Below the pieces are notes generated by a model. The model saw only the letters and a program-made list of their open reading frames with translations. It was not told where the DNA came from and did no database searches. DNA of 64,000 bases from Octopus bimaculoides (Eukaryota), in NCBI RefSeq assembly GCF_001194135.2, contig NC_068986.1, positions 88,217,351 to 88,281,350 of the forward strand, given 5' to 3'. Below, one piece after another: positions 1-11,062 of this stretch (the stretch's first letter is position 1; every line of letters starts with the position of its first letter). Position numbers and translations under genes: made by a program.

Positions 1-166
1 CCAGCAACCGATGCTGGTGTGTTTACGTCCCCGTAACTTAGCGGTTCGGCATAAGAGACCGATAGAATAAGTACTGGGGTCGATTTACTCGACTAAAGGC
101 GGTGCTCCAGCATGGCCACAGTTAAATGACTGAAACAAGTAAAAGAGTAAAAGAGTAAAAGAGTAA
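1..166 (+). mobile_element. SINE family B, 3' half
   Basis: Matches the 3' half of the complete copy at 1474-1908 (TTTACGTCCCCGTAACTTAGCGGTTCGGC...GGCGGTGCTCCAGCATGGCC...TGACTGAAACAAG) and ends in an (AAAAGAGT)n tail. Confidence 0.9.
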
Positions 167-361
167 GTGTAAGGTTCTCAATACTATTATAATCCCTAAA
201 CAACGCTATCAAAATTACCAAGCGCAAAATCAACACCGTCACCCGCAGGTAGTCGTCATTACTATGACTGTTCATGACTTTGATATGACTTGATAAGCTT
301 TCTACAAACTGACCGGGTTTTCGCTTTGGTTTGCCATTTACTATGATCAATTCCTTCCCGT

Positions 362-612
362 TTCGTATTAGTTTTTGCAGTATATCAACCTAGGTTTTCC
401 TTGGTTTCTTTTCTCCTTGCATATTCAGGAGTAAGGGATTTTTTTTTTCTGTGGAGTCTGTTCTTCATCATCATGTGCGCGTGACCCAGCCATCGTAAAT
501 TTCTATCCAGCACGTTGTACGATCTCATCATTCCTGATCTTGTCAAAGAGAGTAATGTTCATAATTCGTCGTGTCTGTCTCATCATGCATGTATGTAACT
601 TGTCTACTTGAA
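362..612 (-). mobile_element. RTE-clade LINE, degenerate 3' ORF fragment
   Basis: Minus strand reads RRIMNITLFDKIRNDEIVQRAG* and, after a frameshift, LRWLGHAHMM, resembling the post-RT C-terminal region of RTE elements (RRILGI.W.DRV.N.EVL.R...LRWLGHV.RM). Confidence 0.75.
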
Positions 613-745
613 CTATTCTAAACACCATATAAAAGGGCGAAATGAATCACAATCCACAAGGATAACAATAGCAATTAGAAATCGATGAATCGATGATACT
701 CCTTGGGTCCATAGAGACAACATCCCATCACAAATACAAACATGC

Positions 746-783
<38 letters not shown>

Positions 784-886
784 GAAATTTTAAAAAAACC
801 CTAAACCTTATTATTTCACCGTTGTTTCTGCTATAACTACTTTCAGAGCTGAATGCTTCTCATCATATATCTTTCTCGGAGCTTAC

Positions 887-920
<34 letters not shown>

Positions 921-1473
921 CTGTGTGTGTTTGGTATCAAACGTCTTGACATACTCAAATATGATAAGTGTTTGATAAGTAACTTTAGACCCTTGAGTTA
1001 CTTTGAAATAATCTCTGCAAATAAATGACTATATACACTACTTTTCACATTAAGTGATTTCAAAAAAACGTACCAACTTAGGTACTTTGAGACATCCGGA
1101 CCAGATGACTTAGGCCGTTTATTCCAGTTTTTTTTTTTTTTTTTTTGCTTTCTGCATTTAAATTGTATCATATCATACTTGAGTGGTAGATTCAATCCTC
1201 CGCGGTCATCACATCACTAACTGGTAACTTTGTGCATTTAGCGGAATCCACTCTCTTGCAATTTACTGATCTGGGTTCGAGGATTACTTCCTCGCTCAAC
1301 CCACATATTGAGGCGCTGTGGATGGTCAAGATTAGTGTCTTCCATTCTTACTAAACGATAAAAGAAGACAGTCCAGTGAAGTTCTCAAAACTATTACACG
1401 TCTGAACGTACGGATTTTATATACGTATACAGTGATCAAAACTGCGTAGAATTTTTAAAAAGTGCTGGACGGA

Positions 1474-1908
1474 TACTCTCTTTTACTCCTTTACATGTTT
1501 CAGTCATTTGACTGCGGCCATGCTGGAGCACTACCTTTAGTCGAGCAAATCGACCCCAGGGCTTATTCTTTGTAAGCCTGGTGCTTATTCTATCGGTCTC
1601 TTTTTGCCGAACCGCTAAGTTACGGGGACGTAAGCACACCAGCATCGGTTGTCAAGCGATGGTTGGAGGACAAATACAGACACACAAATCCACATACACA
1701 CACACACACACACAGACACACACACACACNNNNNNNNNNATATACGACGGGCTACTTTCAGTTTCAGTCTACCAAATCCACTCACAAGGCTTTGGTCTGC
1801 CCGAGGCTATAGTAGAAAACACTTGCCCAAGGTGCCATACAGTGGGATTGAACCCGGAACCATGTGGTTGGTAAGCAAACTACTTACCACACAGCCACTC
1901 CTGCGCCT
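1474..1908 (-). mobile_element. SINE family B, full length (tRNA-like head, internal microsatellite, AAAAGAGT tail)
   Basis: Head AGGCGCAGGAGTGGCTGTGTGG (A box-like) and GGGTTCAATCCC (B box-like); central (TG/TA)n tract; about 11 homologous copies in the window. Confidence 0.9.
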
Positions 1909-2855
1909 AGATAGATAATTTTTATATAGAAATATATTGAAATATTCAATAAAAAGGTTAAATACTGAACAAAGTTCTGTGAAATAACATATCATTAAAA
2001 ATAATTTTTTAAAAATATTTTATATGAAGTGGACAATAAGACATGATTGTGTTCACCTTTATAAATTTCTTCTTGAAAAGAGTTAAGCGCATGAAGTAAT
2101 GATCATGTTTCTCATCAGGATTAAACAAATGACATTAATACTATAGAATTATCTTTAATGAAAAGCATGAGATATATACTTCACATAAACTGGTAAATGT
2201 TTTCTTCCCTAATAATATAAGGTTTTTTGGTTTGCTAATGATAGATAGTTTTGCTTTCAATGGATTCGTGAAGAAGGTAATATCAGTAAAACAAGAAACG
2301 ATTGCAATCGCACGCGTCCGATTGCGTTATATGAATGTCTGAATAGATGTTTATAAAGAAATATAACATCCCTACACACACACACACACTCATACATACG
2401 CACACATACACACACACATACACATACACGTGGAGATGTATATATATATATATATTCATACATACGTACATGCATACACACACAAACACATATATATATT
2501 TATATGCGTGTTTCTGTATGTGCACGCCTACGAGTGTCATTTTGCTTCTGTATATGGTTTATATGAATTCAAATGCATATAAAAGACCGCGTGACAAAGC
2601 TATATTGAGGCTACGTGATTGAAAGATAATGTTTTCTGACTTATGAATACATCAGCATGAATTTGCAGCAATGCATCTGGACACATGTGCAAATGCAATT
2701 GATGCACACTCGTACCACTGTTCTACGGCACGCGTACACTGTATGCTGTTGTGTTTCAGATAATGCAAGATCCGAAGTTCAAAAACTATAATTGCAAGAC
2801 AGTTGCGTTTATAAATGCATGTTGTTAAACTTACCTGTAACCTAGTATTACTTTG

Positions 2856-2965
<110 letters not shown>

Positions 2966-3184
2966 TGATTCTGCTTTCACATTATTAATTAATTTCAGCA
3001 TCACTACAGGGGTAGAGGTAATTTTGGTACATTATTTAACTCTTTTGGAGTAGAGGTAGGAAAAGACAACTCTTTAGAATACATGGAACAATTATCGAAA
3101 TAGCATCAATAATTCCAACATGGGCACCGTTTATGACAATAACGCTAATACTCACTTTATAACGGAACTTCACTGTGTTTCTCC

Positions 3185-3330
3185 GATCAGCTAGAAAAAA
3201 CAGCCACTAAATCTCCCCCACATCAGAGTCTGCTGTCCTTGATAAAGAAATTTATATTAAGCAATTATTTACAGAAAGGAAAATGAATGGTCATAGATGG
3301 TCCTTGAGGGTCATAGATCATCTCAATCAG
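3185..3330 (+). mobile_element. old degenerate dispersed repeat (family E, probably a SINE)
   Basis: CTAGAAAAAACAGCCACTAAATCTCCCC resembles 29098-29125 (CTGGTAGAAATAGCAGCTAAA), 31580-31680 and reverse copies near 34110-34140 and 52725-52755. Confidence 0.5.
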
Positions 3331-3356
3331 AAGTGATCTGGAGATACGCAAGGATA

Positions 3357-3515
3357 TACTCTTTTACTCTTTTGCTCTTTTACTTGTTTCAATCATTTGA
3401 CTGTGGCCATGCTGTGGCACCGGTAAGTTACGGGGACGTAAACACACCAGAATCGGTTGTCAAGCGATGCTGGGAGGACAAACACAGACACACAAACATA
3501 TACACACACACATGC

Positions 3516-3546
<31 letters not shown>

Positions 3547-3690
3547 TACGACGAGCTTCTTTCAGTTTCCGTCTACCATTCACAAGGCTTTGGTCGGCTC
3601 GTGGCTATAGTAGAAGACACTTGCCCAAGGTGCCACGCAGTGGGACTGAACTCGGAACCATGTGGTTTGTAATCAAGCTACTTACCACGC
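3357..3690 (-). mobile_element. SINE family B with internal deletion
   Basis: Homologous to 1474-1908; the segment between GCACC and GTAAGTTACGGGG is missing. Confidence 0.9.
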
Positions 3691-3793
3691 ATATCGTATT
3701 CTTTGTCTTCAAATTCATCATCACAATCATCAACATCAGGGTCGTTGTCGTTTCACTTCACATCATCATAAAACTAATGTAAAGGAATATAAA

Positions 3794-4270
3794 TGTTTCT
3801 AATATAAACACAAGGTTGGAATAAAGTAGCTGATTGACCATTGATTTAACGAGCCTAAATGATGAAAGGCAGATATTCATTTAGGTAAGATTTCAACACA
3901 GAAATTTAGAGTTCTAGATATAAGTGGTCATTACCACATTCCACTGTTTCGGCCCTCTCCAAGAGAATAACAATAATATCGATTTCAAATTTTGGTACAA
4001 AGAAAGAAAATCCGGGTTCATTCGATTATATCCAGACTAGTGCTCAACTGGTATTTATTTTATCGTCAAAAGGTAAAGTTGACCTCAGCGGAATTTGAAC
4101 TCAGATCGTATAGACGGACGAAATGCTGCAAGGCATTTTGCTCGGCGTGCTAACTATTCTGCCAGCCGGTCGCCTTAATAATAATGGTTTCGAATTTTGG
4201 TCTAAAGACAGCAATTTCGTAGGCGGGATAAAGTGAGTTACATCGACCCCTGTGCTCAACTGGTACTTAT
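3794..4270 (-). mobile_element. three tandem SINE family A copies (degenerate 3794-3955, near-complete 3968-4178, 3' fragment 4179-4270)
   Basis: Reverse complement of the AAGGCG...GTTAGCACGCC...GAGTTCAAATTCCGC.GAGGTC.ACTTT...TAAA.TACCAGTTGAGCAC motif found at 9443 and 32366. Confidence 0.8.
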
Positions 4271-4544
4271 CCCCGTAACTTAGTCTCAACGAAATAATAT
4301 ACAAGAATAGGTGAAGGTGATGCACTGGAAGGTATTCTGAATGAGGATGCACTGTTATTTTGCGGAAATAATTTGCAGCATAATTGACCATACAGTACAA
4401 TCAAGAGGAGTTGTCATTCGAGATTAGCTCCAGAGATAGGTGTCTGCTATTTTCGTACGTATGTCGCCCTATTCTACTTACAGAAATAGTTAAGTCGACT
4501 GACTATTATTAGTATTAGTACAGAATTTTATTTTTGTACTTGAA

Positions 4545-4689
4545 ACAACAGAAGCAGCAACGGCAACCGCAGCAGCGGCAGCAGCAGCAGTAGCAGCAGT
4601 AGTAGTAGTAGTAGTTGTTGTTGTCGTTGTTGTTACTGTTGTTATTGATGTTGTTGTTGTTGTTGTTACTGTTGTTATTGATGTTGTTG

Positions 4690-4721
<32 letters not shown>

Positions 4722-4860
4722 GGTGGTGGTGTGGTGGTGGCGGCAGTAGTAGTGGTAGTAGTAGTAGTAGTAGCAATGGCAGCGTCGTCATTGTCGTAGT
4801 TGTATCGGTGGTACTGATAGTGATGGTAGTGGTGGATGTGGTGGGGGTAGCATGGTGACG
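4545..4860. repeat. compound trinucleotide tract (GCA/GTA/GTT/GGT)
   Basis: Successive triplet arrays seen directly. Confidence 0.95.
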
Positions 4861-5604
4861 ATTGTGTTTAAGAAAAAAAATATTCAAATACAATCCGACT
4901 GTAACGTTTGGTAACGTAAATTGCTAAAAGACAAAAAAGAACTTTCCAAATGCATGAAAAATCACAACGAACTATCTTAGATCCACAATGTACCTAAGGG
5001 TATAAAATCCAATACATAATATAATCCTACACAGCACTGGATTAACCATTACGCGAAATAAGCACGTGCTTAAGGCTTCAGGGACAGCGGAAAGGAAGGC
5101 AACACAGAAATGGTAAATGGTTTACGGCACAAAAGTATCGCATAAAAATTGCTAAAATAATATTCGGGATACCTTATCTCTACAATGGGTAGAAGCACTT
5201 ATGTATTACGTAAGATAAATTTTGAGCGTCTGATTACCTATTTGCAAATAAAAAAAACAATCAGAGAACATGTGATAAAAATGAAGTGGAAGTATAAAGA
5301 ATTAAGCATTATTTTCCATCAGACTGCAAGTTGTGTTTCATTTTGAAGAGTAAGCTTTATTTTATGGTTTATTGTTACGTATATTTTGAATTACACACAC
5401 ACGCACTCACGCACACACACACTCACAAACACATACACAAACATAAATTGATACAGGCACATACATAAATTAATATAGACAGCAGTCTACAATTTATTAC
5501 CATAAAGGAAAAGTATAATTGCCTCTAAATATGACTAGGGTGTTACAACACTTACATTGCTTAAAATAAGAGTTAAAATGGTCTAATGTTGTAGTGAAAG
5601 CACA

Positions 5605-6563
5605 TAATTGCAGAGAATTCGGAAAAAGTTGGATGAGTCTAATGGTGATTACGAAGGTACGGAAGCTCGGCAAACTCATTCTGATCGTTCTGACGAGAAA
5701 AGAACCCCTGAATTTGTTGGTGAGTTCCAGGCTATGATTGACGACGATCCCTCCAAGACAATCAGGTTCATCATAAGATTCTTACCAGACAGGTACTGCA
5801 TGAAGACATTGGGTATTGCTCATACAAGATGTGAAAGCCATCAACGACAAGAGGAAAGTCCGTGTTACGGAGCTGTTTAACAAACTTAAGCATCCCCTCC
5901 AACCGAACATGCCTTGGTTTTTCTCAGACGAGGAAAATGTCTACTAGAATGAAACGGTGAACACACAGAAAAACCGTTGGCTTACCGTGTCTTCAAAGCA
6001 TGTACGGAGAGTAATGAAAATCAAACATCCAGTTAACATCATGGTGTTTTGGAGTGATCGCTAGCGATGATGGTCCATTTGTGGAATATAAGCAACCAAA
6101 AAAATAGGATTTAAATTTTTATCTCCATTCGTCTTCCCACATGGCTTTAGACTCAACACGGAGGCCTACATCTAGTACCTGGAGGAGGTAGTGTTGCCTT
6201 GGATCAAGAGGGTGGCTGCTGGAAGACCCTATATCTGGCAACAGGACTCTACACCATGCCACACAAACAGAAGAACCTATTCATGGCTGTCAGACGATTT
6301 CTGCGACCACATCACCCCTAACATCTGGCCACCTAACTTCCCAGACTGCAACCCCCTTCATTATTTTGTGTGTGGCGCAGTTGAGCGAGACACCGACAAA
6401 ACTTCTTGTAACCCCAAAGATGAACTGAAAGCAAAGATTATGGCAGCATTCAGCATCTTAAACGAGGAGATCGACCAAAGGGTTGCAGGAGATTCCGATG
6501 TCGTCTGTTAGTGTTAATTTCATTTTTGCGTAATTTTGACGACAATTTATTCACTGCACCCTG
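5605..6563 (+). mobile_element. Tc1/mariner DD37D (maT-type) transposon relic, 5' truncated, transposase pseudogene
   Basis: Fragments QRIRKKLDESNGDYEG..., NMPWFFSDE, WQQDSTPCH...IWPPNFPDCNPLHY; 37 residues between the second Asp and the third catalytic position (here His). Stops and frameshifts present. Right end CACTGCACCCTG followed by TA at 6564-6565. Confidence 0.9.
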
Positions 6564-6869
6564 TATATATATTTAGGGTTACCAAATTTTTTTAGTGCTT
6601 AGGGCATCTCTGGTACGTAATACGGCCCTGCTCGTACAAACAATTTACCTGAAAAACTAAGTGAGTATGTTATCACTGGAATACTGTTGATCTACTCTAT
6701 CGGCGATATTCTTAATTGAAGCATAAAGGATGTGCTGTTATAATGTCCGGGAACTCGAGACTGTCGACGTGAAAGACAAAGAAAAAGAAAATCGACTGAG
6801 GTGCAATAATTTCTAGATCAAGCAACCAGGTTGTGTACAGCTGTAGAACGACGTGGGCGTCGAAAACGG

Positions 6870-7007
6870 TGGTGATAATGATGATGACGAGGGGGAGGAG
6901 AATAATGTTGATGATGTTGATGATATTATTGATGATGACAATGGTGTAGAAGACGAGGATGTGAATGATGATGAAGCTGATGATCATGATTTTTAATGGT
7001 GTTTTGG

Positions 7008-7043
<36 letters not shown>

Positions 7044-7106
7044 GTTGTTGTTGTTGTTGTTGTTATTGTAGTAGTAGTAGTAGTAGTAGTAGTAGTTGTT
7101 GTTATT

Positions 7107-7137
<31 letters not shown>

Positions 7138-7160
7138 GAGGAGGAGGAGGAGGAGGAGGA
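6870..7160. repeat. compound trinucleotide tract (GAT/GGT/GTA/GTT/GGA)
   Basis: Seen directly; runs into an N gap. Confidence 0.95.
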
Positions 7161-7731
7161 NNNNNNNNNNNNNNNNNNNNNNNNNNNNNNNNNNNNNNNN
7201 NNNNNNNNNNNNNNNNNNNNNNNNNNNNNNNNNNNNNNNNNNNNNNNNNNNNNNNNNNNNNNNNNNNNNNNNNNNNNNNNNNNNNNNNNNNNNNNNNNNN
7301 NNNNNNNNNNNNNNNNNNNNNNNNNNNNNNNNNNNNNNNNNNNNNNNNNNNNNNNNNNNNNNNNNNNNNNNNNNNNNNNNNNNNNNNNNNNNNNNNNNNN
7401 NNNNNNNNNNNNNNNNNNNNNNNNNNNNNNNNNNNNNNNNNNNNNNNNNNNNNNNNNNNNNNNNNNNNNNNAACAGCAGTCGTAGCAACAGCGGTGGTGG
7501 AAAACTGCTGGATGAGAGCACCTGGCACGTCAGCGGTGATGTCAACTACACCAGCATCACAAAAGGCTGCCAATACCAGCATTTTTCTGTAACCAGTAGC
7601 TACTAGCGATGCAATTAAGTCACGAAGTAATACACACACGTCTGCCTGTGTTCCTACATGTGCAGTACATGCACAGTGGAACTCTGCATACAACATCAAC
7701 AACTGCACAGACTCCACAGTTATTATTAATT

Positions 7732-7786
<55 letters not shown>

Positions 7787-7787
7787 C

Positions 7788-7985
7788 ATTACCCCCGCCT
7801 TAGCGAAGGCGGAGGTAGTGTTTCAGTCGTGTTTGTTTGATTGTTTGTTTAACCGTGGACGATATCTCAAGAACCGCAGGATAGATTCGGATGAAACTTT
7901 CAGGGATGTTTGGCCCCGTGACTAGCACGAACTGATTAGAATTTGGGATCCATCCGGTACCTCACAAGGATTATGGTTATTATTG
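7788..7985 (+). mobile_element. HINE-like non-autonomous Helentron element
   Basis: ATTACCCCCGCCTTAGCGAAGGCGGAGGT start with a perfect hairpin, short (GTTT)n tract, then GATATCTCAAGAACC..GATAGATTCGGATGAAACTT..GGGATG and TTAGAATTTGGGATCCATCCGG. This layout matches Helentron-associated interspersed elements as I recall them; not verified by search. Confidence 0.65.
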
Positions 7986-8356
7986 TTATCATTGTTAACA
8001 TTATCGTCTGTATATTTCCCCACATTCGATTTTATGTAATCCCTCACACGAATTGGAAGCTGCGTTCATTATGTTTCTCTTATATGACGCCCTTGTGGCA
8101 TATAAAAGGAAATGTTAGGATTTATGTTATTATTATATTTGGTTTTGTGCTTAAATTTTAAAAAATAATAAATTTAATTATTATAATTAGCATCTCGTGA
8201 TCCTGAACATCAAGATCAACACGATCGTCATGATCATTATCATTATCATCATCACAATCAACATCATCATCAAGAAAGAATGAACTGTTGGAATATTAAG
8301 AGTGTTGCTGTATTTTTCCGGCTTTTTTTTTTTTTTTCTGATTTCGAATCCCACAG

Positions 8357-8404
8357 AAGAGGCCTATGCGTTTTTTCCTTTCGCGTCGATAGGGTTAGCA
8401 CCAG
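8357..8404 (+). CDS. candidate 48-nt symmetric micro-exon, product unknown
   Basis: Long poly-T tract then CCCACAG acceptor; CCAG|GTGAGC donor; two frames open (xEAYAFFPFASIGLAPx; RGLCVFSFRVDRVST). Confidence 0.35.
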
Positions 8405-8446
8405 GTGAGCACTCAGATCAAAGTAATTGACAAATCNNNNNNNNNN

Positions 8447-8636
8447 TTGGGTATGTGCTGTGGTTTGCTGTGGTGCTCTTATGTTTACTGTATTGACAGT
8501 GTTTTGCGTAGAATGTGTGCAGTACCCAGTAGTGCTATTTTCTGTATGTTATATATATTTGTAAGTCCTGGTGTTTTTGTTATGTATTTGTAGGGTTCAT
8601 TGTTTTATTGAGGTCTATATTTACATTATTTTTCTT
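8447..8636 (-). mobile_element. R4/Dong-like RLE non-LTR retrotransposon, 3' fragment (family 1)
   Basis: Minus strand KYITKTPGLTNIYNIQKIALLGTAHILRKTLSIQ* (stop 8485-8487); QK..LLGTA.ILRK.L is the typical C-terminus of R4/Dong-type RLE elements. Confidence 0.8.
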
Positions 8637-8654
8637 CCATTATTATTATTATTA

Positions 8655-9066
8655 TTCCTTCGTAAGACAGTGTAGGTAAAATGCACTGGAGTATTTCGTC
8701 TTCTGTCAAGTCACAACAAGGAGCTCAGACAGATAATACTTTATTTAAGATGTGCGCTGTGCCCAATAAGACTGCTTTTTTGCAACACACCAATCTTGCA
8801 TGTGATTTTCAGTTGCCTTAATAAGTCTTGAAGTTTCAATGGGATTGAACCCAACTGTTATCAATAAGATTGATTAATGGGTTTGATCACCACTGGTATC
8901 ACTTTTACATGACCCTCTCGCAGTCCATACAGTTTTGTCATTTCCACTTTCAATTCGGAGTTCTTAGTGAATTTTTCAACTTCTTTACTCATATTTATGT
9001 CATTTGGTATGACTACATCTGATAGTATTTGTCTCTCTTATTCAATATGAAAACATCTGTCTGTGG
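8655..9066 (-). mobile_element. R4/Dong-like RLE non-LTR retrotransposon, 3' fragment (family 2) with (TAA)n tail
   Basis: Frameshifted fragments DVFILNKRDK, DVVIPNDINM, EVEKFTKNSELKVEM, VKVIPVVI, LGSIP and KAVLLGTAHILNKVLSV* (stop 8725-8727), then 3'UTR and TAA repeats. Confidence 0.8.
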
Positions 9067-9074
9067 ATTATTAC

Positions 9075-9141
<67 letters not shown>
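9067..9141. repeat. (TAT)n microsatellite
   Basis: Seen directly. Confidence 0.98.
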
Positions 9142-9143
<2 letters not shown>

Positions 9144-9365
9144 ACGTGACAAGCAAGCATAATCATTAGCACACCGGGGGGAGGGGGAATGCTTAGCGGT
9201 ATTTCATCCATCTTTACGTTCTCAATTCAAATTCCGCCGTGGTCGACTCTGCTTTTCATCTCTTCGAGTTCCATAGATTAAAACCCAGTGAAACACTGGG
9301 GTCGATGTACTCGACTAGTCAACTCCACCAAAATTTCAGACCTTGAGCCTATAGTAAAAAATGAT
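9142..9365 (+). mobile_element. SINE family A
   Basis: GAAATGC-like/ATGCTTAGCGGTATTTC...TTCAAATTCCGCC..GGTCGAC...ACTGGGGTCGATGTACTCGAC...CCTTGAGCCTATAGTA, homologous to 9443-9645. Confidence 0.85.
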
Positions 9366-9379
9366 TGGTATTATTATTA

Positions 9380-9441
<62 letters not shown>

Positions 9442-9442
9442 T

Positions 9443-9644
9443 AAGGCGGAGAGCAGGCAAAATCGTTTGCAAACCAGTCAAAGTGCTTAGCGATATTTCG
9501 TCTGCCTTTACGTTCAGAGTTCGAATTCCGCCGAGGTCGACTTTGCCTGTCATCCTTTCGGGGCCGATAAATTTAAGTGCCAGTGAAACACTGGGGTCCT
9601 CTCCCTAAAAAATTCGGACCTTGTGCCTGCCTTTAGTAGAAAGG

Positions 9645-9645
<1 letters not shown>
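9443..9645 (+). mobile_element. SINE family A
   Basis: AAGGCGGAGAGC head, GAGTTCGAATTCC B box-like motif, GTCGACTTTGCCTGTCATCCTTTCGGGGCCGATAAA core. Confidence 0.9.
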
Positions 9646-9711
<66 letters not shown>

Positions 9712-10254
9712 TTAATAATAACAATAATAATACTGGTGCAATTATTATTACTACAAATGGTATATTTGCTAATAATATTATTACCATTAATATTACGATT
9801 GTGCTGTGTTTCTTTTTTTTTGTGTGTGTTTTCGTTGTTGGCGCTGCTGCTGTCTGTTGTTGTTGCATCCGTTTCCGTGATATGACCAACAGTGAGAGCC
9901 AATAAACGCTGGTGGTAACAAGAGACTTCGGCGGCACTATCAACGACGTCATTATAAGTCGTGATAAAACAAGTTTCTACCCTGATGGTAAAATACTATG
10001 AAAACATGATGGTGTGTTCGTGCCCGACTGGTATTACATATATACATGCTCCAACGATTCCTCTAAACAACCATTTTCTTCTCTCCTTCGTTAAGCTACC
10101 TGCCGTTCTACTAATAGGCCTTGTCACTGCAGTGGATATGCTGGATGCGTGACTAAATTGCCCTGGCTTCTGTTTTCCACCCTCGTCTTCGTTTTTTCTT
10201 TTTTTTTTTCTTCCCTGTTGGATTTGTTTTCTTCGCTTTCCTTCGGCTTCTTTG

Positions 10255-10302
10255 TTATGATCATCATTGTCATTGTCGTCATTGTCATCGTCATCATCAT
10301 CA

Positions 10303-10356
<54 letters not shown>

Positions 10357-10730
10357 TCGTCGTTGTTGTTGTAGCTGTCGATGTTGTTGTCCTTCCTCCT
10401 CCTTTTCTTCATCTTTTTCTAATCCTCCTCCTCCTCCTCCTCCTCCTCATCATCATCATCATTAGTAGCAGTAGCAGCAGCATCCTCATCATCATCACCA
10501 TCATCATCATCACTACCACCAGCACCACCACCACCATCATCACCATCACCATCATCATCATCTTCATCATCATCATCATCCTCATTACCCTCATCATCAT
10601 CATCATAATCATCATTATTATCCTCCTCCTCCTCCTCCTTCTCCTCCTCCCCCTCCTCCTCCCCCTCCTCCTCATCATCATCATCATCATCGTCGTCATC
10701 GTTATCATCATCATCATCATCATCATTATT
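10255..10730. repeat. compound trinucleotide tract (CAT/CGT/CCT/CAC)
   Basis: Seen directly; source of the poly-I/V/M/D ORFs. Confidence 0.95.
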
Positions 10731-10961
10731 AAGTCACCTAGCTGGCACAATCGTTACTGCACCGGACAAAATGCTTAGCAGCATTTCTTCTGGTTTTACG
10801 TTCTGAGTTCAAATTCCGCCGAAGTCGATTTTGCCTTATATCTCTTCGGGGTTCGATAAAATCAGTACCATACTAATTTATCATTGAGATCGATGTAGTT
10901 GACTAGTGCACCTTCTCCCAGAATATCAGGGCTTGAGCCTGAAATAGAAAGGAAGATTATT
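10731..10961 (+). mobile_element. SINE family A
   Basis: GGACAAAATGCTTAGCAGCATTTC...GAGTTCAAATTCCGCCGAAGTCGATTTTGCC...TAGAAAGG tail. Confidence 0.85.
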
Positions 10962-11001
10962 GTAAAAAAGCAGCAGTAGCGGCCGCAGTAGCAGCAGCAG
11001 C

Positions 11002-11062
<61 letters not shown>

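Noticed and set aside
93-350. 85-aa minus ORF with a hydrophobic stretch
   Set aside because: Its C-terminal third is SINE tail, and I see no convincing splice signals or homology.
1436-1995. Recurrent peptides such as SSDGWRTNTDT, HGRSQMTET and AMLEH in several ORFs
   Set aside because: They are translations of SINE family B copies, not a protein family.
2570-2710. TATAAAAG plus a possible miRNA-like hairpin
   Set aside because: Pairing is only about 6-8 bp and discontinuous; TATA-like words are frequent in this AT-rich DNA.
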